This document shows positions 50,647-60,288 of a stretch of DNA of 64,000 bases, piece after piece. The DNA is from Candidatus Moraniibacteriota bacterium (GTDB taxonomy: Bacteria; Patescibacteriota; Minisyncoccia; Moranbacterales; UBA1568), in assembly GCA_052034935.1 (NCBI GenBank), contig JBPOIB010000001.1:1341-65340 (forward strand), in the 5' to 3' direction. The first letter of the stretch is position 1. Each line of letters begins with the position of its first letter. The notes under the pieces are model-generated. The model did not search any database and was not told the DNA's origin. It saw nothing but the letters and a program-made list of their open reading frames with translations. Both the position numbers and the translations under genes were made by a program.

Positions 50647-51615
50647 ATGAGCATCCGCCAAGTGAAAATCACTTTTTTTGAGCAACGCCTGATGGACTTT
50701 TTCCAGAAAGCGGGGAGAGTCGAGTTACCGTGGCGAAAGACGGGAGTCACCGCGTACGAGGTCTGGGTTTCCGAGGTGATGCTCCAGCAGACACAGGTAT
50801 CGCGGGTGATCGGCTACTATAATTGCTTCCTTGGTCGTTTCCCGACAATTGAGTCGCTCTCGGCGGCTTCGTGGGAGGATTTTCTTCCGTATTACCAAGG
50901 GCTCGGCTATTATGCTCGGGGTCGGAATATGCTTCGAGCCGCCCAGGTCATCATGACTGAATATGGTGGAAAGTTTCCGCGCGATGTGGCGGCCCTTCAA
51001 TCCATTCCTGGTATCGGCCCGTATACGGCGGCGGCAATCATGAGTTTTGCGTACGGCGATAAGCATTTAGCCTGGGATACGAATCTGCGACGGGTTGTTG
51101 GACGATTCTTCTTCGGCACGAAGAAAGTGTCAATCGACGGGGTGTATTTCGAGTCGAAATTCAGGAGTCCGAGGAAAGAGCTCAATGCGGCACTCATGGA
51201 TTTCGGGAGCGCACTCTGCGTCAGCCGGCCGAAATGTGAAGCTTGTCCGCTTAAAAAGAGTTGTGTCTATTATCGCGAGGCGGGGAAACAGGAAACATCC
51301 TCGAAAAAGCCGAAGAAAGCAAAGGGGATAGATAGGGAAAAAACGGAAGTCGTGGTTATCCTCCATGAAAAACACCGGATCTACTACTCCTCGAAACGGT
51401 CGGTCTATGCCCCGTTCGTCCTGCCGCCAGGGTACGCGTCCCGCGCTGATATCAAGTCCTATTTTGAGAAAAAGCACGACCTGATACTCGCTGTCCGGCC
51501 GCCCCATAGAGAGGAGAGCATAAACGGGGGACTTCGCTCTTTCGTGAATGCACAGATTCTTCTCGGCAAGCCGGAATTTGCAACCTTTTCGAAAGAAGAA
51601 ATCACGAATTCTTGA
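50647..51615 (+). CDS. mutY: A/G-specific adenine glycosylase (divergent C-terminus)
   Basis: LPWR, VSEVMLQQTQV, GLGYYAR, HhH (PGIGPYTA) and Fe-S motif CVSRPKCEACPLKKSC. Confidence 0.88.
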   Translation: MSIRQVKITFFEQRLMDFFQKAGRVELPWRKTGVTAYEVWVSEVMLQQTQVSRVIGYYNCFLGRFPTIESLSAASWEDFLPYYQGLGYYARGRNMLRAAQVIMTEYGGKFPRDVAALQSIPGIGPYTAAAIMSFAYGDKHLAWDTNLRRVVGRFFFGTKKVSIDGVYFESKFRSPRKELNAALMDFGSALCVSRPKCEACPLKKSCVYYREAGKQETSSKKPKKAKGIDREKTEVVVILHEKHRIYYSSKRSVYAPFVLPPGYASRADIKSYFEKKHDLILAVRPPHREESINGGLRSFVNAQILLGKPEFATFSKEEITNS

Positions 51616-51683
51616 TCGGCTGAAGCCAGTTTTCCTTAGGTCTGTTCTCCGCTATACTAGGAGTAGCTCATAATTGTCTTCTT

Positions 51684-52745
51684 ATGGAGGTTCGCAATCT
51701 CAACATCTACTTCTTTTTTCTCATCCTCCTCCTTGTCGGTGGGACAGTGTTCTTCATCTTCCAGCCGTTTCTGACAGCGATTGTCGCGGCCGCTATCCTT
51801 TCGGTTCTTTTCGAGCCGATGTACCATCGATTTCTCCGTCTTTTCCCTGGCTGGGTCGCGACCTCATCGCTCCTTACCTGTCTCGTGGTCGCGGTCATTA
51901 TCGTGACGCCGATACTCTCTGTTCTTTCGCTCGCGGTAGCGGAAGCAAATCAGCTCTACAATGCGATTGGTGAGGAACGTTCGTTCGTCGGGGTGGTCGA
52001 ATCAGGAGTCGGCTACTTCAATGAGACGCCGATCGGCCGTCTCGTCTTCAAAGATGCGGCGTTCACAACGGAAAGCGTCATGCAGGATATCCGCCAATTC
52101 AGCCAGAACGCGCTCGGCATTCTCCAGACGGCTTACCAGAGCGTGACGCATTTCGTCTTCTGGGTCTTCATCATGTTCTTCACGCTCTTCTATTTCCTGA
52201 TCGATGGGGACCGAGCCTTCCGTTATCTGATGAGTCTGTCGCCGCTTCGCACCGAGCACGAAAAGCTGCTCGCTTCGAAGTTCATCTCGATCAGCCGCGC
52301 GACCCTGAAGGGGACTCTGGTGGTCGGTGTCATCCAGGGCCTCATCGGCGGCGTCGCCTTCTGGGTTGTCGGCATTCCCTCGCCAGCGATCTGGGGTCTC
52401 CTGATGATCCTTCTTTCGATCATCCCGCTCGTTGGCTCAGCCCTGGTCTGGCTGCCGGCAGGTATCTTCCTTCTCCTTATTGGTCAAGTCTGGCAGGGCG
52501 CTTTTCTCCTCGGTATTGGCATGGGGGTCATTTCGGTCATCGATAATATTCTCCGGCCCAAGCTTGTTGGCAAGGATACTCAGATGCACCCGCTGATGAT
52601 TTTTTTCGCAACCTTGGGCGGTATCTCCCTTTTCGGTCTTCCGGGATTCATCATTGGACCCATCATCGTTTCGCTTTTCCTCGCGCTTGGCGAGATCTAC
52701 TCGATCGAGTTCAAGGGCCAACTCGAGAGCTATAACGAAAAGTAG
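51684..52745 (+). CDS. AI-2E family transporter
   Basis: FYFLIDG and IDNILRPKLVG...HPL...GG...FG..G.IIGP. Confidence 0.92.
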   Translation: MEVRNLNIYFFFLILLLVGGTVFFIFQPFLTAIVAAAILSVLFEPMYHRFLRLFPGWVATSSLLTCLVVAVIIVTPILSVLSLAVAEANQLYNAIGEERSFVGVVESGVGYFNETPIGRLVFKDAAFTTESVMQDIRQFSQNALGILQTAYQSVTHFVFWVFIMFFTLFYFLIDGDRAFRYLMSLSPLRTEHEKLLASKFISISRATLKGTLVVGVIQGLIGGVAFWVVGIPSPAIWGLLMILLSIIPLVGSALVWLPAGIFLLLIGQVWQGAFLLGIGMGVISVIDNILRPKLVGKDTQMHPLMIFFATLGGISLFGLPGFIIGPIIVSLFLALGEIYSIEFKGQLESYNEK

Positions 52746-52748
52746 CGT

Positions 52749-53570
52749 ATGCAGGCCTTGTGGCAGTCGCTTCCGCTCGCTCTTGATCCGATTGCTTGGC
52801 AGATCGGATCGTTTCCGGTCACTTGGTACTCGCTCTGCTACCTGCTTGGCGCCATTCTCTCAGCGACGTACTTCATGTGGCTGGCACGCCAGAGCGGTAT
52901 CCTGCCGAACACCTTCGCCTCGATTGATCTCGTCGTCACTATTCTCTGGGGAGTCGTCATCGGCGCCCGCCTCGGATACGTTTTCTTCTACGGCGGCGAC
53001 GAGTTTTTCCGGGAGCCGTGGCGGATCATTTCCCCGTATGATTTCCAGCTCCAGGAGTGGATTGGTATTCGCGGAATGAGTTTCCATGGCGGACTCGTCG
53101 GTGGAGCAATCGGACTGTGGATATTCACACGCGAGGCGAGTCGACATTTTCTGGAGTTTGCTGACGCTCTGGTCCAGGCAGTGCCCATCGCTCTTCTCTT
53201 CGGCCGAGTCGGAAACTTCCTGAATCTCGAGATCATCGGCCGTACGACCGAATCGCCTCTGGGGGTCCAGATTCCGTTTGCCGGGGAAGTGCTTCGTCAT
53301 CCCGTGACTCTCTATGAGGCTTTCGGCGAAGGGCTCATCCTTTTCGGGCTTCTTCTCATAGGAAGCCGATTCTTGAAAACTCCCGGGAAGCTGACTGGAC
53401 TTTTTCTTCTTGGGTACGCAGGTTTCCGGATCACTGCCGAGTTTTATCGTGAACTGCCCGAGGGTACCGACTTGCTCTTTGGCGTCCTCGCGACCGGGCA
53501 GGTGCTCTCTTTCGGTATGGCGGCTATCGGCTTGTTCCTCCTCTTCTGGCCTCGACCGCGCATGGTATAA
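52749..53570 (+). CDS. lgt: Prolipoprotein diacylglyceryl transferase
   Basis: GARLGYV, GMSFHGG, GRVGNF.N.E..GR and HPVTLYE. Confidence 0.93.
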   Translation: MQALWQSLPLALDPIAWQIGSFPVTWYSLCYLLGAILSATYFMWLARQSGILPNTFASIDLVVTILWGVVIGARLGYVFFYGGDEFFREPWRIISPYDFQLQEWIGIRGMSFHGGLVGGAIGLWIFTREASRHFLEFADALVQAVPIALLFGRVGNFLNLEIIGRTTESPLGVQIPFAGEVLRHPVTLYEAFGEGLILFGLLLIGSRFLKTPGKLTGLFLLGYAGFRITAEFYRELPEGTDLLFGVLATGQVLSFGMAAIGLFLLFWPRPRMV

Positions 53571-53584
53571 TAAGGGCAAATACT

Positions 53585-53962
53585 ATGGATAAAAAACAAC
53601 TCATCGGGCTCGGTATCGGATTAGTCGTGATTATCGCATCAATCGTCTGGTGGGGGTTAAAGGGCGAGGGAGAGAAAGAGGTTCTTGATCAGTCAGTAAC
53701 CACGTATTTTTACGGTGAAACGTGTCCGCATTGCATCGATGTACGGAAATTCCTCGATGAGAACAAAATCGCGGAAAAGTTCAGTTTCGTCATGAAAGAG
53801 GTTTGGAGCGATCGGACCAATGCCCGGCTGATGCGCGAGGCGGCGGAGGTCTGTAGTCTTAAACCCGAGGAGATCGCTGTCCCATTTGTCTTTTCAGAAG
53901 GGAAGTGTCTTATCGGTACGCCGAAAGTGATTGAATTCTTCAAACAAAAAGCCGGAATCTGA
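53585..53962 (+). CDS. Membrane-anchored thioredoxin/glutaredoxin-fold protein
   Basis: N-terminal TM, CPHC and a downstream VP motif. Confidence 0.8.
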   Translation: MDKKQLIGLGIGLVVIIASIVWWGLKGEGEKEVLDQSVTTYFYGETCPHCIDVRKFLDENKIAEKFSFVMKEVWSDRTNARLMREAAEVCSLKPEEIAVPFVFSEGKCLIGTPKVIEFFKQKAGI

Positions 53963-53966
53963 AGTC

Positions 53967-54941
53967 ATGCCACCTATTGATCTTCCGAAAGCGAAACCGA
54001 TCTCTCAGGCTAAGATGGTCTTTGATGGTGTTGCACATGGCCGTGAGTATCGGTCACCGCGGCCGAGTCTCGCACCGAAGCCCTTGATTACACCATCGAT
54101 GATTCGAGCGCGCCGACAGCTCGATGCCGTCCTTCTTCGGGAAGACACGAAGCGGAGTTTCGTGCATGTCTGGAAGCGGGAGTGGCGCCGTCTTATGCTG
54201 TTCCGCCGGTTTTTTGTTGTCTCACGCCGTCTCGGGAGAAAATTGAACCGCTACCTGCCGGAGCCGGGTAATCTGTCGCCGAAGAAGGCGCTCTATGCTT
54301 CGCTCTTTGCCGGAGTCAGTTTCGGTATGGTTTCCATGTCGGTCATTCAAGATATCAAGGGTGATGATGCAATTGCACAGTCCGAATCGTCGGCCATAGC
54401 GACTCCTGAAAAAGAGGAGAATACGAAATTGGCCCGCGAGCTTTCTGAAGAAAAGAAGTATGATCCGAACGATGACCTCTTCTTGCAGTTTTTCAGCGAG
54501 GCTGAGAAGGAAGAGTATCGGAAGCAGATTGAAGAGCTCGTGAAGGGGTATCCGATTGAGGATATGCTCCCGTATATTCTTGAGAAAGACCGTATCGTTG
54601 CCGCCTTCCTCATTGGTATCGCGAAAAAAGAGAGTAACTGGGGGAAACGCGTGCCGGTCTTGGACGGACAGGACTGCTTCAATTACTGGGGGTATCGGGG
54701 AGTACGCCGGCTCATGGGTACCGGCGGGCATACCTGTTTCAATAGCCGGAAAGATGCGGTTGATTCGGTCGCCCTCCGAATCGAATCCTTGGTCTATTCT
54801 TCAAAAATCGATACGCCGGCCAAGATGATCATCTGGAAATGCGGCTATAGCTGCGACGGTCACAGCCGGGAAAGCGTCCGAAAATGGATTGCGGATGTCG
54901 ATATGTACTTCAAGGACCTGAACCAGGAAGAGCAAGAATAG
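53967..54941 (+). CDS. Membrane-anchored lysozyme-like (glucosaminidase/SLT-like) protein, paralog 1
   Basis: GIAKKESNWGK...CFNYWG...CF motif, with Glu-Ser as in the lysozyme-like superfamily. Confidence 0.65.
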   Translation: MPPIDLPKAKPISQAKMVFDGVAHGREYRSPRPSLAPKPLITPSMIRARRQLDAVLLREDTKRSFVHVWKREWRRLMLFRRFFVVSRRLGRKLNRYLPEPGNLSPKKALYASLFAGVSFGMVSMSVIQDIKGDDAIAQSESSAIATPEKEENTKLARELSEEKKYDPNDDLFLQFFSEAEKEEYRKQIEELVKGYPIEDMLPYILEKDRIVAAFLIGIAKKESNWGKRVPVLDGQDCFNYWGYRGVRRLMGTGGHTCFNSRKDAVDSVALRIESLVYSSKIDTPAKMIIWKCGYSCDGHSRESVRKWIADVDMYFKDLNQEEQE

Positions 54942-55144
54942 CGGCCCCCGGCGGATATTTCCGGAAGAGTGCTGTATTGTATTGACTTATATAAAAATAC
55001 GTGTTTTAATTTAAATCACCCGAAAGGGTGTTTTTTTCGCTTTCTCGAGGCAAAAAGTGGCTGATTGAGATAGGAAAAGCTTTGACCGAAGGCCGAAAAA
55101 ATGCTATCTTTGGACTTGCGTCTCAAGAGGATTTTTTGAAAGAG

Positions 55145-55939
55145 ATGCCTATTTCAAGCCATTTTATGACATTCATCCATCGTCTGCTGCAATCATTTTC
55201 GAGCCAAAAAAGGAAGTCAGTTGTTCGGCATGCTTGTCAGGCGCTCGGGCTCGCCGCTACCTTGTTCGTTTCTCTCGGAGAGGCGCCTTTGGTCGCGAGC
55301 GAATCGATTGAGGGATCCGGTCCCGATGACCCATTCTCTCGTCCGACCCTTTGCGATTGGCGGGAAGACTATGTGTTCTTTGTCGGCGATAAACCGGCCG
55401 AAAAGAGTGACCGTCTGCCGTGCGAGGCGCTGAATTTCCGAACGCCGTCCGCTGGTGAGCCTGAAGCGCCTGCCGAGGCTCTCGCTGTGGCTACCCTCCA
55501 GGATTCAGAAAAATCGGCTTTTGAAGCGGAACTCAGCACAATGCTTGCCGGTTATCCGATTGCTGCGATGGTGCCGGCAATTGCGGAGTATGACCGTGAT
55601 ATCGCCGGACTCATCGTCGGTATCGCGAAAAAAGAGAGTAACTGGGGGAAACGCGTGCCACTTGATGCGGCCGGGGAGGATTGTTTCAATTATTGGGGCT
55701 TCAAGGGTGCTGGTGCTCGTGGCGTCGCGATGGGCCATGGCTGTTTCGGTACGGCTGAAGAGGCTGTCCAAGCAATCGGAAAACGGCTTCAGCAATTAGT
55801 TGCCCTGCGGGAGACGAGTGAGCCAAAAAATATGACCATCTGGAAATGCGGTTCGTCTTGCGCGACGCATTCCCCTGAAAGCGTCCGGAAATGGGTTTCT
55901 GACGTTGATATCTACTTCCGCGCTATCGCCCGCAAATAA
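55145..55939 (+). CDS. Lysozyme-like protein, paralog 2
   Basis: Same GIAKKESNWGKRVP...CFNYWG...IWKCG.SC..HS.ESVRKW..DVD.Y domain; start at 55145 or 55166. Confidence 0.65.
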   Translation: MPISSHFMTFIHRLLQSFSSQKRKSVVRHACQALGLAATLFVSLGEAPLVASESIEGSGPDDPFSRPTLCDWREDYVFFVGDKPAEKSDRLPCEALNFRTPSAGEPEAPAEALAVATLQDSEKSAFEAELSTMLAGYPIAAMVPAIAEYDRDIAGLIVGIAKKESNWGKRVPLDAAGEDCFNYWGFKGAGARGVAMGHGCFGTAEEAVQAIGKRLQQLVALRETSEPKNMTIWKCGSSCATHSPESVRKWVSDVDIYFRAIARK

Positions 55940-56014
55940 GCGGGCGTTTTCTTTTCTGCTGTAGAGAGAGGTTTTCCAGGGGCCGGAGTGGTATAATGGA
56001 AAAAAAGAAAACTC

Positions 56015-56953
56015 ATGCACTGGATTTCTCTCGCCCTTGCCGGATATTTTTTCAATGCGGTCACGGCACTTTTCGATAAATATCTTTTAGCTGGCCGAAT
56101 CAAGGAACCGGTCGTCTACGCTTTTTTTGTTTCAGTCCTCTCGCTTTTTGCGGTCGTGCTCATTCCGTTCGGGTATAAACCCATTCCCTGGCAGACAGGG
56201 ACGGTTTTCGTCATCTCGGGCATTCTCTTTCTTTACGGCCTCGTTGCTTTCTATAACGCAGTCAAGCGGAGCGAGATTTCGCGGGTCGCACCTCTGGTCG
56301 GCATCACGATTTCAGTTATCGCCGGCGTTGCCTCCCTTGCGTTCGGGCCGGCAGCGAACCTTTCCTTCTCACCTGGCCACTTCCTCTCGCTCTTCATGCT
56401 TCTGGCGGGCGCCTTCCTCATTGCTTTCGATCTGCCGCTGAAGAAAAATGACGCACTCATGAAGTCAACGCTCCTTGCGGGAGCGCTCATGGCACTCTCA
56501 CTGCTCTTCTTAAAGACTGGGTACCGTAATGCTGATTTCGTGAATGGGCTCATCTGGTCGCGGATTGGCTTCATTATCGGCGGCTTCAGCCTCTTCATTA
56601 TCCCCGAATACCGCCGCGCAATCCTCAACAATACGCGCCACCTGTCTTCTTCGAACAAGCGCGATGTCATGACCGGCTTCCTTTTCCTCTTAAACAAGAT
56701 CTTCGGTGCGATCGCGACCTTTCTCCTTACGTATGCCGCTTTCCTCGGACCAGTGACGTTTATTCAGGCGCTGAACGGAATCCAGTACGCCTTCGTGCTT
56801 ATTCTCGCGATTCCCCTCGCCCTCCGTTTCCCGAAAATCTTCGGCGAACGTCTCTACTTCTGGGACTGGTTCCAGAAGGCGGCCGCGATCGTGCTCATCG
56901 GGCTCGGAATGTGGCTGGCCGTGACGCAGGGCGTTGATTTTCTTTTTCTGTAA
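56015..56953 (+). CDS. EamA/DMT-like membrane transporter
   Basis: About 10 TM helices in two repeats; DKYLL and EISRVAP. Confidence 0.75.
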   Translation: MHWISLALAGYFFNAVTALFDKYLLAGRIKEPVVYAFFVSVLSLFAVVLIPFGYKPIPWQTGTVFVISGILFLYGLVAFYNAVKRSEISRVAPLVGITISVIAGVASLAFGPAANLSFSPGHFLSLFMLLAGAFLIAFDLPLKKNDALMKSTLLAGALMALSLLFLKTGYRNADFVNGLIWSRIGFIIGGFSLFIIPEYRRAILNNTRHLSSSNKRDVMTGFLFLLNKIFGAIATFLLTYAAFLGPVTFIQALNGIQYAFVLILAIPLALRFPKIFGERLYFWDWFQKAAAIVLIGLGMWLAVTQGVDFLFL

Positions 56954-56964
56954 GCTTGTAACCT

Positions 56965-58023
56965 ATGGAAAAAATGAATGAAACAAGCGGCGGTTCGAGC
57001 ACGTGGTCGCATTGGCGCGGCGTCATCAAGATGCTCGTCTACACGCTTGTCGGCATCGTGCTCGTTGTCGCGCTCATCTTTGGCTACTTCAATCTTCCTG
57101 GCCCGGCGCCGCGCGAAGACGTCCATCTCGGCATGACGTTCTCCTCTCGTTACGCAACCGATCTCGGGCTCGACTGGCAGGAAACGTATAAGGCACTCCT
57201 CGACGATATCGGCGTGAAGAAACTCCGTCTCCCGGTCTACTGGGATCTGGCTGAAAGAGAGAAAGGGGTCTATGACTTCGCGGATATCGACTGGCAATTA
57301 GCTGAGGCGAAGAAACGCGATGCCACGGTGATTCTCGTGGTCGGCATCAAGGTTCCACGCTGGCCCGAGTGCCATATCCCGAGCTGGGCAAAGGATGACG
57401 AAAGCGTGCGCCAAGCCGGGATGCTCAGTTTCATCCAGCAAGTAGTGCTTCGCTACAAGGATGACCCGACAATCACGAAGTGGCAGGTCGAGAATGAGCC
57501 GTTTCTCAGCTTCGGCATCTGCCCGAAGTTCAATGTCGCTTTTCTCGAGAAGGAGATTGCGCTCGTGAAGCGGCTCGATTCCTCGCGGCCGATACTCTTG
57601 ACCGATAGCGGCGAGCTTTCACTCTGGTACGGAGCTGCGCGCCGAGGTGATGAGTTCGGAACGACACTGTACCGCGATATCTACAGTGAAAAAGCCGGTG
57701 GTTACTTCACCTATCCAGTCGGGCCGAATTTCTTCCGGACCAAGGAATTCTTCGTTCGCCTCTTTTCCGATCAGGAGAAATTCAGCGTCATCGAGCTCCA
57801 GGCGGAGCCCTGGGCCTCCGGCTGGGTGGCCAATGTTTCGCTCGAGGAGCAGTTCCAGACGATGAATGAGAGCCGGCTGGAAGAAAATGTCACCTATACC
57901 CGTCGCGTCGGATTTGAGGATATCTATCTCTGGGGCGGGGAGTGGTGGTACTGGCTCAAGACAAAAAAAGACTATCCGGCCGTGTGGGAGAAGGGGAAGG
58001 AACTGTTTGAACGGTATCCTTAA
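56965..58023 (+). CDS. Membrane-anchored clan GH-A glycoside hydrolase (GH5/GH42-like)
   Basis: LRLPVYW, YDFADID, WQVENEP (acid/base), ELQAEPW (nucleophile) and LWG. Confidence 0.8.
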   Translation: MEKMNETSGGSSTWSHWRGVIKMLVYTLVGIVLVVALIFGYFNLPGPAPREDVHLGMTFSSRYATDLGLDWQETYKALLDDIGVKKLRLPVYWDLAEREKGVYDFADIDWQLAEAKKRDATVILVVGIKVPRWPECHIPSWAKDDESVRQAGMLSFIQQVVLRYKDDPTITKWQVENEPFLSFGICPKFNVAFLEKEIALVKRLDSSRPILLTDSGELSLWYGAARRGDEFGTTLYRDIYSEKAGGYFTYPVGPNFFRTKEFFVRLFSDQEKFSVIELQAEPWASGWVANVSLEEQFQTMNESRLEENVTYTRRVGFEDIYLWGGEWWYWLKTKKDYPAVWEKGKELFERYP

Positions 58024-58050
58024 ACGAAAGCCTAAAGTATATAGCCATAT

Positions 58051-58455
58051 ATGAATGCTAAAGTACTGCGGGTTATACAGATTGCGAATATTGTGGTGAT
58101 GTTAGCATTTGCCCCGGTCGGATTTTTTGTATTACTTTTTGCATTTTCAAGTATGGTCGACACTCATTCTTTAGGTAAGATAGGGATCATCAGTTTCGGG
58201 TATCTTGTAGCTATTATTGCTGGTCTACTTTCGTTTAAAAGAAACTTTTTGCTTGTAGTTAGTTTGTTGGGTTGGGGGATTGTCTGCTGGGGACAGTATG
58301 GATATGAAGATAGTGTTGGAGCGAAAAAAGAGCAAACTTTACTGTGCCAATTAATAAGGCAAAAATCTCAGTGTACTGAAGATATAAACGGCATGGTAAG
58401 TTGTACGGGGAGCTTGGCCGGCACTTCAGCAGATTGTAAAGGTGTCCCAAAATGA
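58051..58455 (+). CDS. Low-GC membrane hypothetical protein
   Basis: Three TM segments and a Cys-rich tail; AT-rich. Confidence 0.65.
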   Translation: MNAKVLRVIQIANIVVMLAFAPVGFFVLLFAFSSMVDTHSLGKIGIISFGYLVAIIAGLLSFKRNFLLVVSLLGWGIVCWGQYGYEDSVGAKKEQTLLCQLIRQKSQCTEDINGMVSCTGSLAGTSADCKGVPK

Positions 58456-58976
58456 TTCTCATCCTCGACAATCTCCGGAGCGCACATAATGTCGGAGCGC
58501 TTTTTCGGACGGCCGACGGTGCCGGTGTGACCCAGGTCTACTTGGTCGGCATCACGCCGAAGCCGGCCGAGCCCAACCGACTCTATCTGACGCTCGCCGA
58601 AAAGACCCTGAAGAAGACGGCACTCGGCGGCGAAGAAAGCGTGCCGTGGACGGCCGTGAAGACGCTTCCACTCGTTATCCGGAAATTGAAGGCGACCGGA
58701 GTGGAGATCGTCGCACTCGAGGAGGGGGAGGATATCGATAGCATCGATTACCGCAACTTCCAGCTCGAGAAAGGGAAGAGCGATGTGGCGCTCGTCGTCG
58801 GGAATGAAGTTTCCGGCCTCGATGCGAAAGCACTCGCTTTGGCCGATACGGTCATCCATCTCCCGATGCGCAGTACCAAGAATTCGCTCAATGTTTCGGT
58901 CGCCGGTGGTATTGCCTTGTACCACCTGTCGGATACAATGGAGACACTGGAACGAAAAAAAACTAAACACGGCTGA
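58452..58976 (+). CDS. SpoU/TrmH family RNA methyltransferase
   Basis: LDNLRSAHNVGALFRT, VGNEVSG and LPM...SLNVSVA. Confidence 0.92.
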   Translation: MILILDNLRSAHNVGALFRTADGAGVTQVYLVGITPKPAEPNRLYLTLAEKTLKKTALGGEESVPWTAVKTLPLVIRKLKATGVEIVALEEGEDIDSIDYRNFQLEKGKSDVALVVGNEVSGLDAKALALADTVIHLPMRSTKNSLNVSVAGGIALYHLSDTMETLERKKTKHG

Positions 58977-58978
58977 AC

Positions 58979-59692
58979 ATGAAAAAAGAAGCGAAACAGA
59001 AGAAAATCGCTATTCTCGATATCGATGGAACGATTTTCCGCAAAAACCTCCATTTTGAGCTGATCAATGAATTGGCTTGGATGAAGGTCTTCCCGAATAG
59101 CGTGCGGCATCGGCTGACCGAAGTCTACAGCGGCTGGCTCGAGCACTCCGGCACGTACGAAGATTACCGGAAAGCGATCGTCGAGATCTATGCGGAACAT
59201 ATCAAGGGAGTATCCGAGTCGTCGGTCTATGAGGCGGCACGCGTCGTCGTTCCGTTTCATGCGAAGCGGACATACATCTTTTCCGAGGCGCTCATCAGGG
59301 AGCTCCGCGAGAAAGGGTATCATCTTCTCGCTATTTCCGGATCGCCGCTCGAGATCGTCGAAGAGTACAATCGCCACCATCTCCATTTTGACGGTGTCTT
59401 CGGGAGCGTCTATACCAAAGACGAGCAAGGGATATACACGGGCGAGGCGGAGTTCGAGCCGTCGCGGAACAAGGGCGAGGTCTTGAAGCAGTACGTCTAT
59501 GAGCACGGCCTCACGCTCGAGGATTCCTACGGGATAGGCGATACCGAAAGCGACGGAAGCTTCCTCCGGATGGTCGATCACCCGATCGCCTTCAATCCGA
59601 ATCAGAACCTGAAAGCGATGGCGGAAAAGGAGGGCTGGCGCATCGTCGTCGAGAAAAAGGACGTCATCTACGAAATCAACCAGAAGCCGTAA
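58979..59692 (+). CDS. HAD-IB family phosphatase
   Basis: DIDGT, ISGS and GIGDTESD...AFNP. Confidence 0.88.
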   Translation: MKKEAKQKKIAILDIDGTIFRKNLHFELINELAWMKVFPNSVRHRLTEVYSGWLEHSGTYEDYRKAIVEIYAEHIKGVSESSVYEAARVVVPFHAKRTYIFSEALIRELREKGYHLLAISGSPLEIVEEYNRHHLHFDGVFGSVYTKDEQGIYTGEAEFEPSRNKGEVLKQYVYEHGLTLEDSYGIGDTESDGSFLRMVDHPIAFNPNQNLKAMAEKEGWRIVVEKKDVIYEINQKP

Positions 59693-59704
59693 TACGCGAT
59701 CGCT

Positions 59705-59824
59705 ATGAACCTGAACAAGTCGCTTGATGATTTCCTGAAGAAGACGCTCTGGCTCTGGCTGCCGTTCTACGCCTTCCGCATCCTCTTGAAGGAATTCGGC
59801 GCCTGGATGGGCGGCCGGAAATAA
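59705..59824 (+). CDS. 39-aa small protein
   Basis: MNLNKSLDDFLKKTLWLWLPFYAFRILLKEFGAWMGGRK; fills the gap between the HAD and VanZ genes with host-like codons; below the ORF-track cutoff. Confidence 0.65.
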   Translation: MNLNKSLDDFLKKTLWLWLPFYAFRILLKEFGAWMGGRK

Positions 59825-59826
59825 AT

Positions 59827-60222
59827 ATGGAGCGCGATCGTTTCTACACGATTTTCTCACCCCGTCTCCTCATGCTCCTGCTCTGGTGCGCAGTGATTTT
59901 CGCTTTTTCACATCGGCCAGGAAGCGGTATCCCGTTCGACCCGCCGCTCTGGTATGTGCTGGAGCGGAAATCCGCTCATGTGTTCGAATACGCCGTGCTG
60001 GCGCTCCTCGCGTGGCGCTACTTCGCCGCAGTCTTCCAGAAAGAATCCTTCAATCGGATTCTCCTCTTGGCCGGATCCTTTGCGCTCGCCTACGGCATGC
60101 TCGACGAGCTTCATCAGTTTTTCATTTTCGGCCGTGGCGCCCGGTTTACCGATGTCGCGGTCGACCTCCTCGGCATCACGCTCGCGCTTGGAGCAATCAT
60201 CTTTTGGCAGCGCCGGCGATGA
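59827..60222 (+). CDS. VanZ family protein
   Basis: RKSAHVFEY and DELHQFF..GR....DV..D. Confidence 0.88.
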   Translation: MERDRFYTIFSPRLLMLLLWCAVIFAFSHRPGSGIPFDPPLWYVLERKSAHVFEYAVLALLAWRYFAAVFQKESFNRILLLAGSFALAYGMLDELHQFFIFGRGARFTDVAVDLLGITLALGAIIFWQRRR

Positions 60223-60237
60223 TATACTGAAGGGTAT

Positions 60238-60288
60238 ATGACTCTCACTCGCGCTCGGACTATTCAATATATCGGTTCACCCCGTTAG
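60238..60288 (+). pseudogene. Truncated 5' remnant of a LamG-protein gene
   Basis: MTLTRARTIQYIG matches the N-terminus MSITRSRTIQWVG of the gene at 60571. It follows TATACT (60223-60228) and stops at a TAG inside the left inverted repeat. Confidence 0.65.

Noticed and set aside
56949-56962. TGTAAGCTTGTAAC shared with 5672-5685
   Set aside because: A 14-bp match without the GGGG end or a partner arm. It could be a decayed relic but is not supportable.
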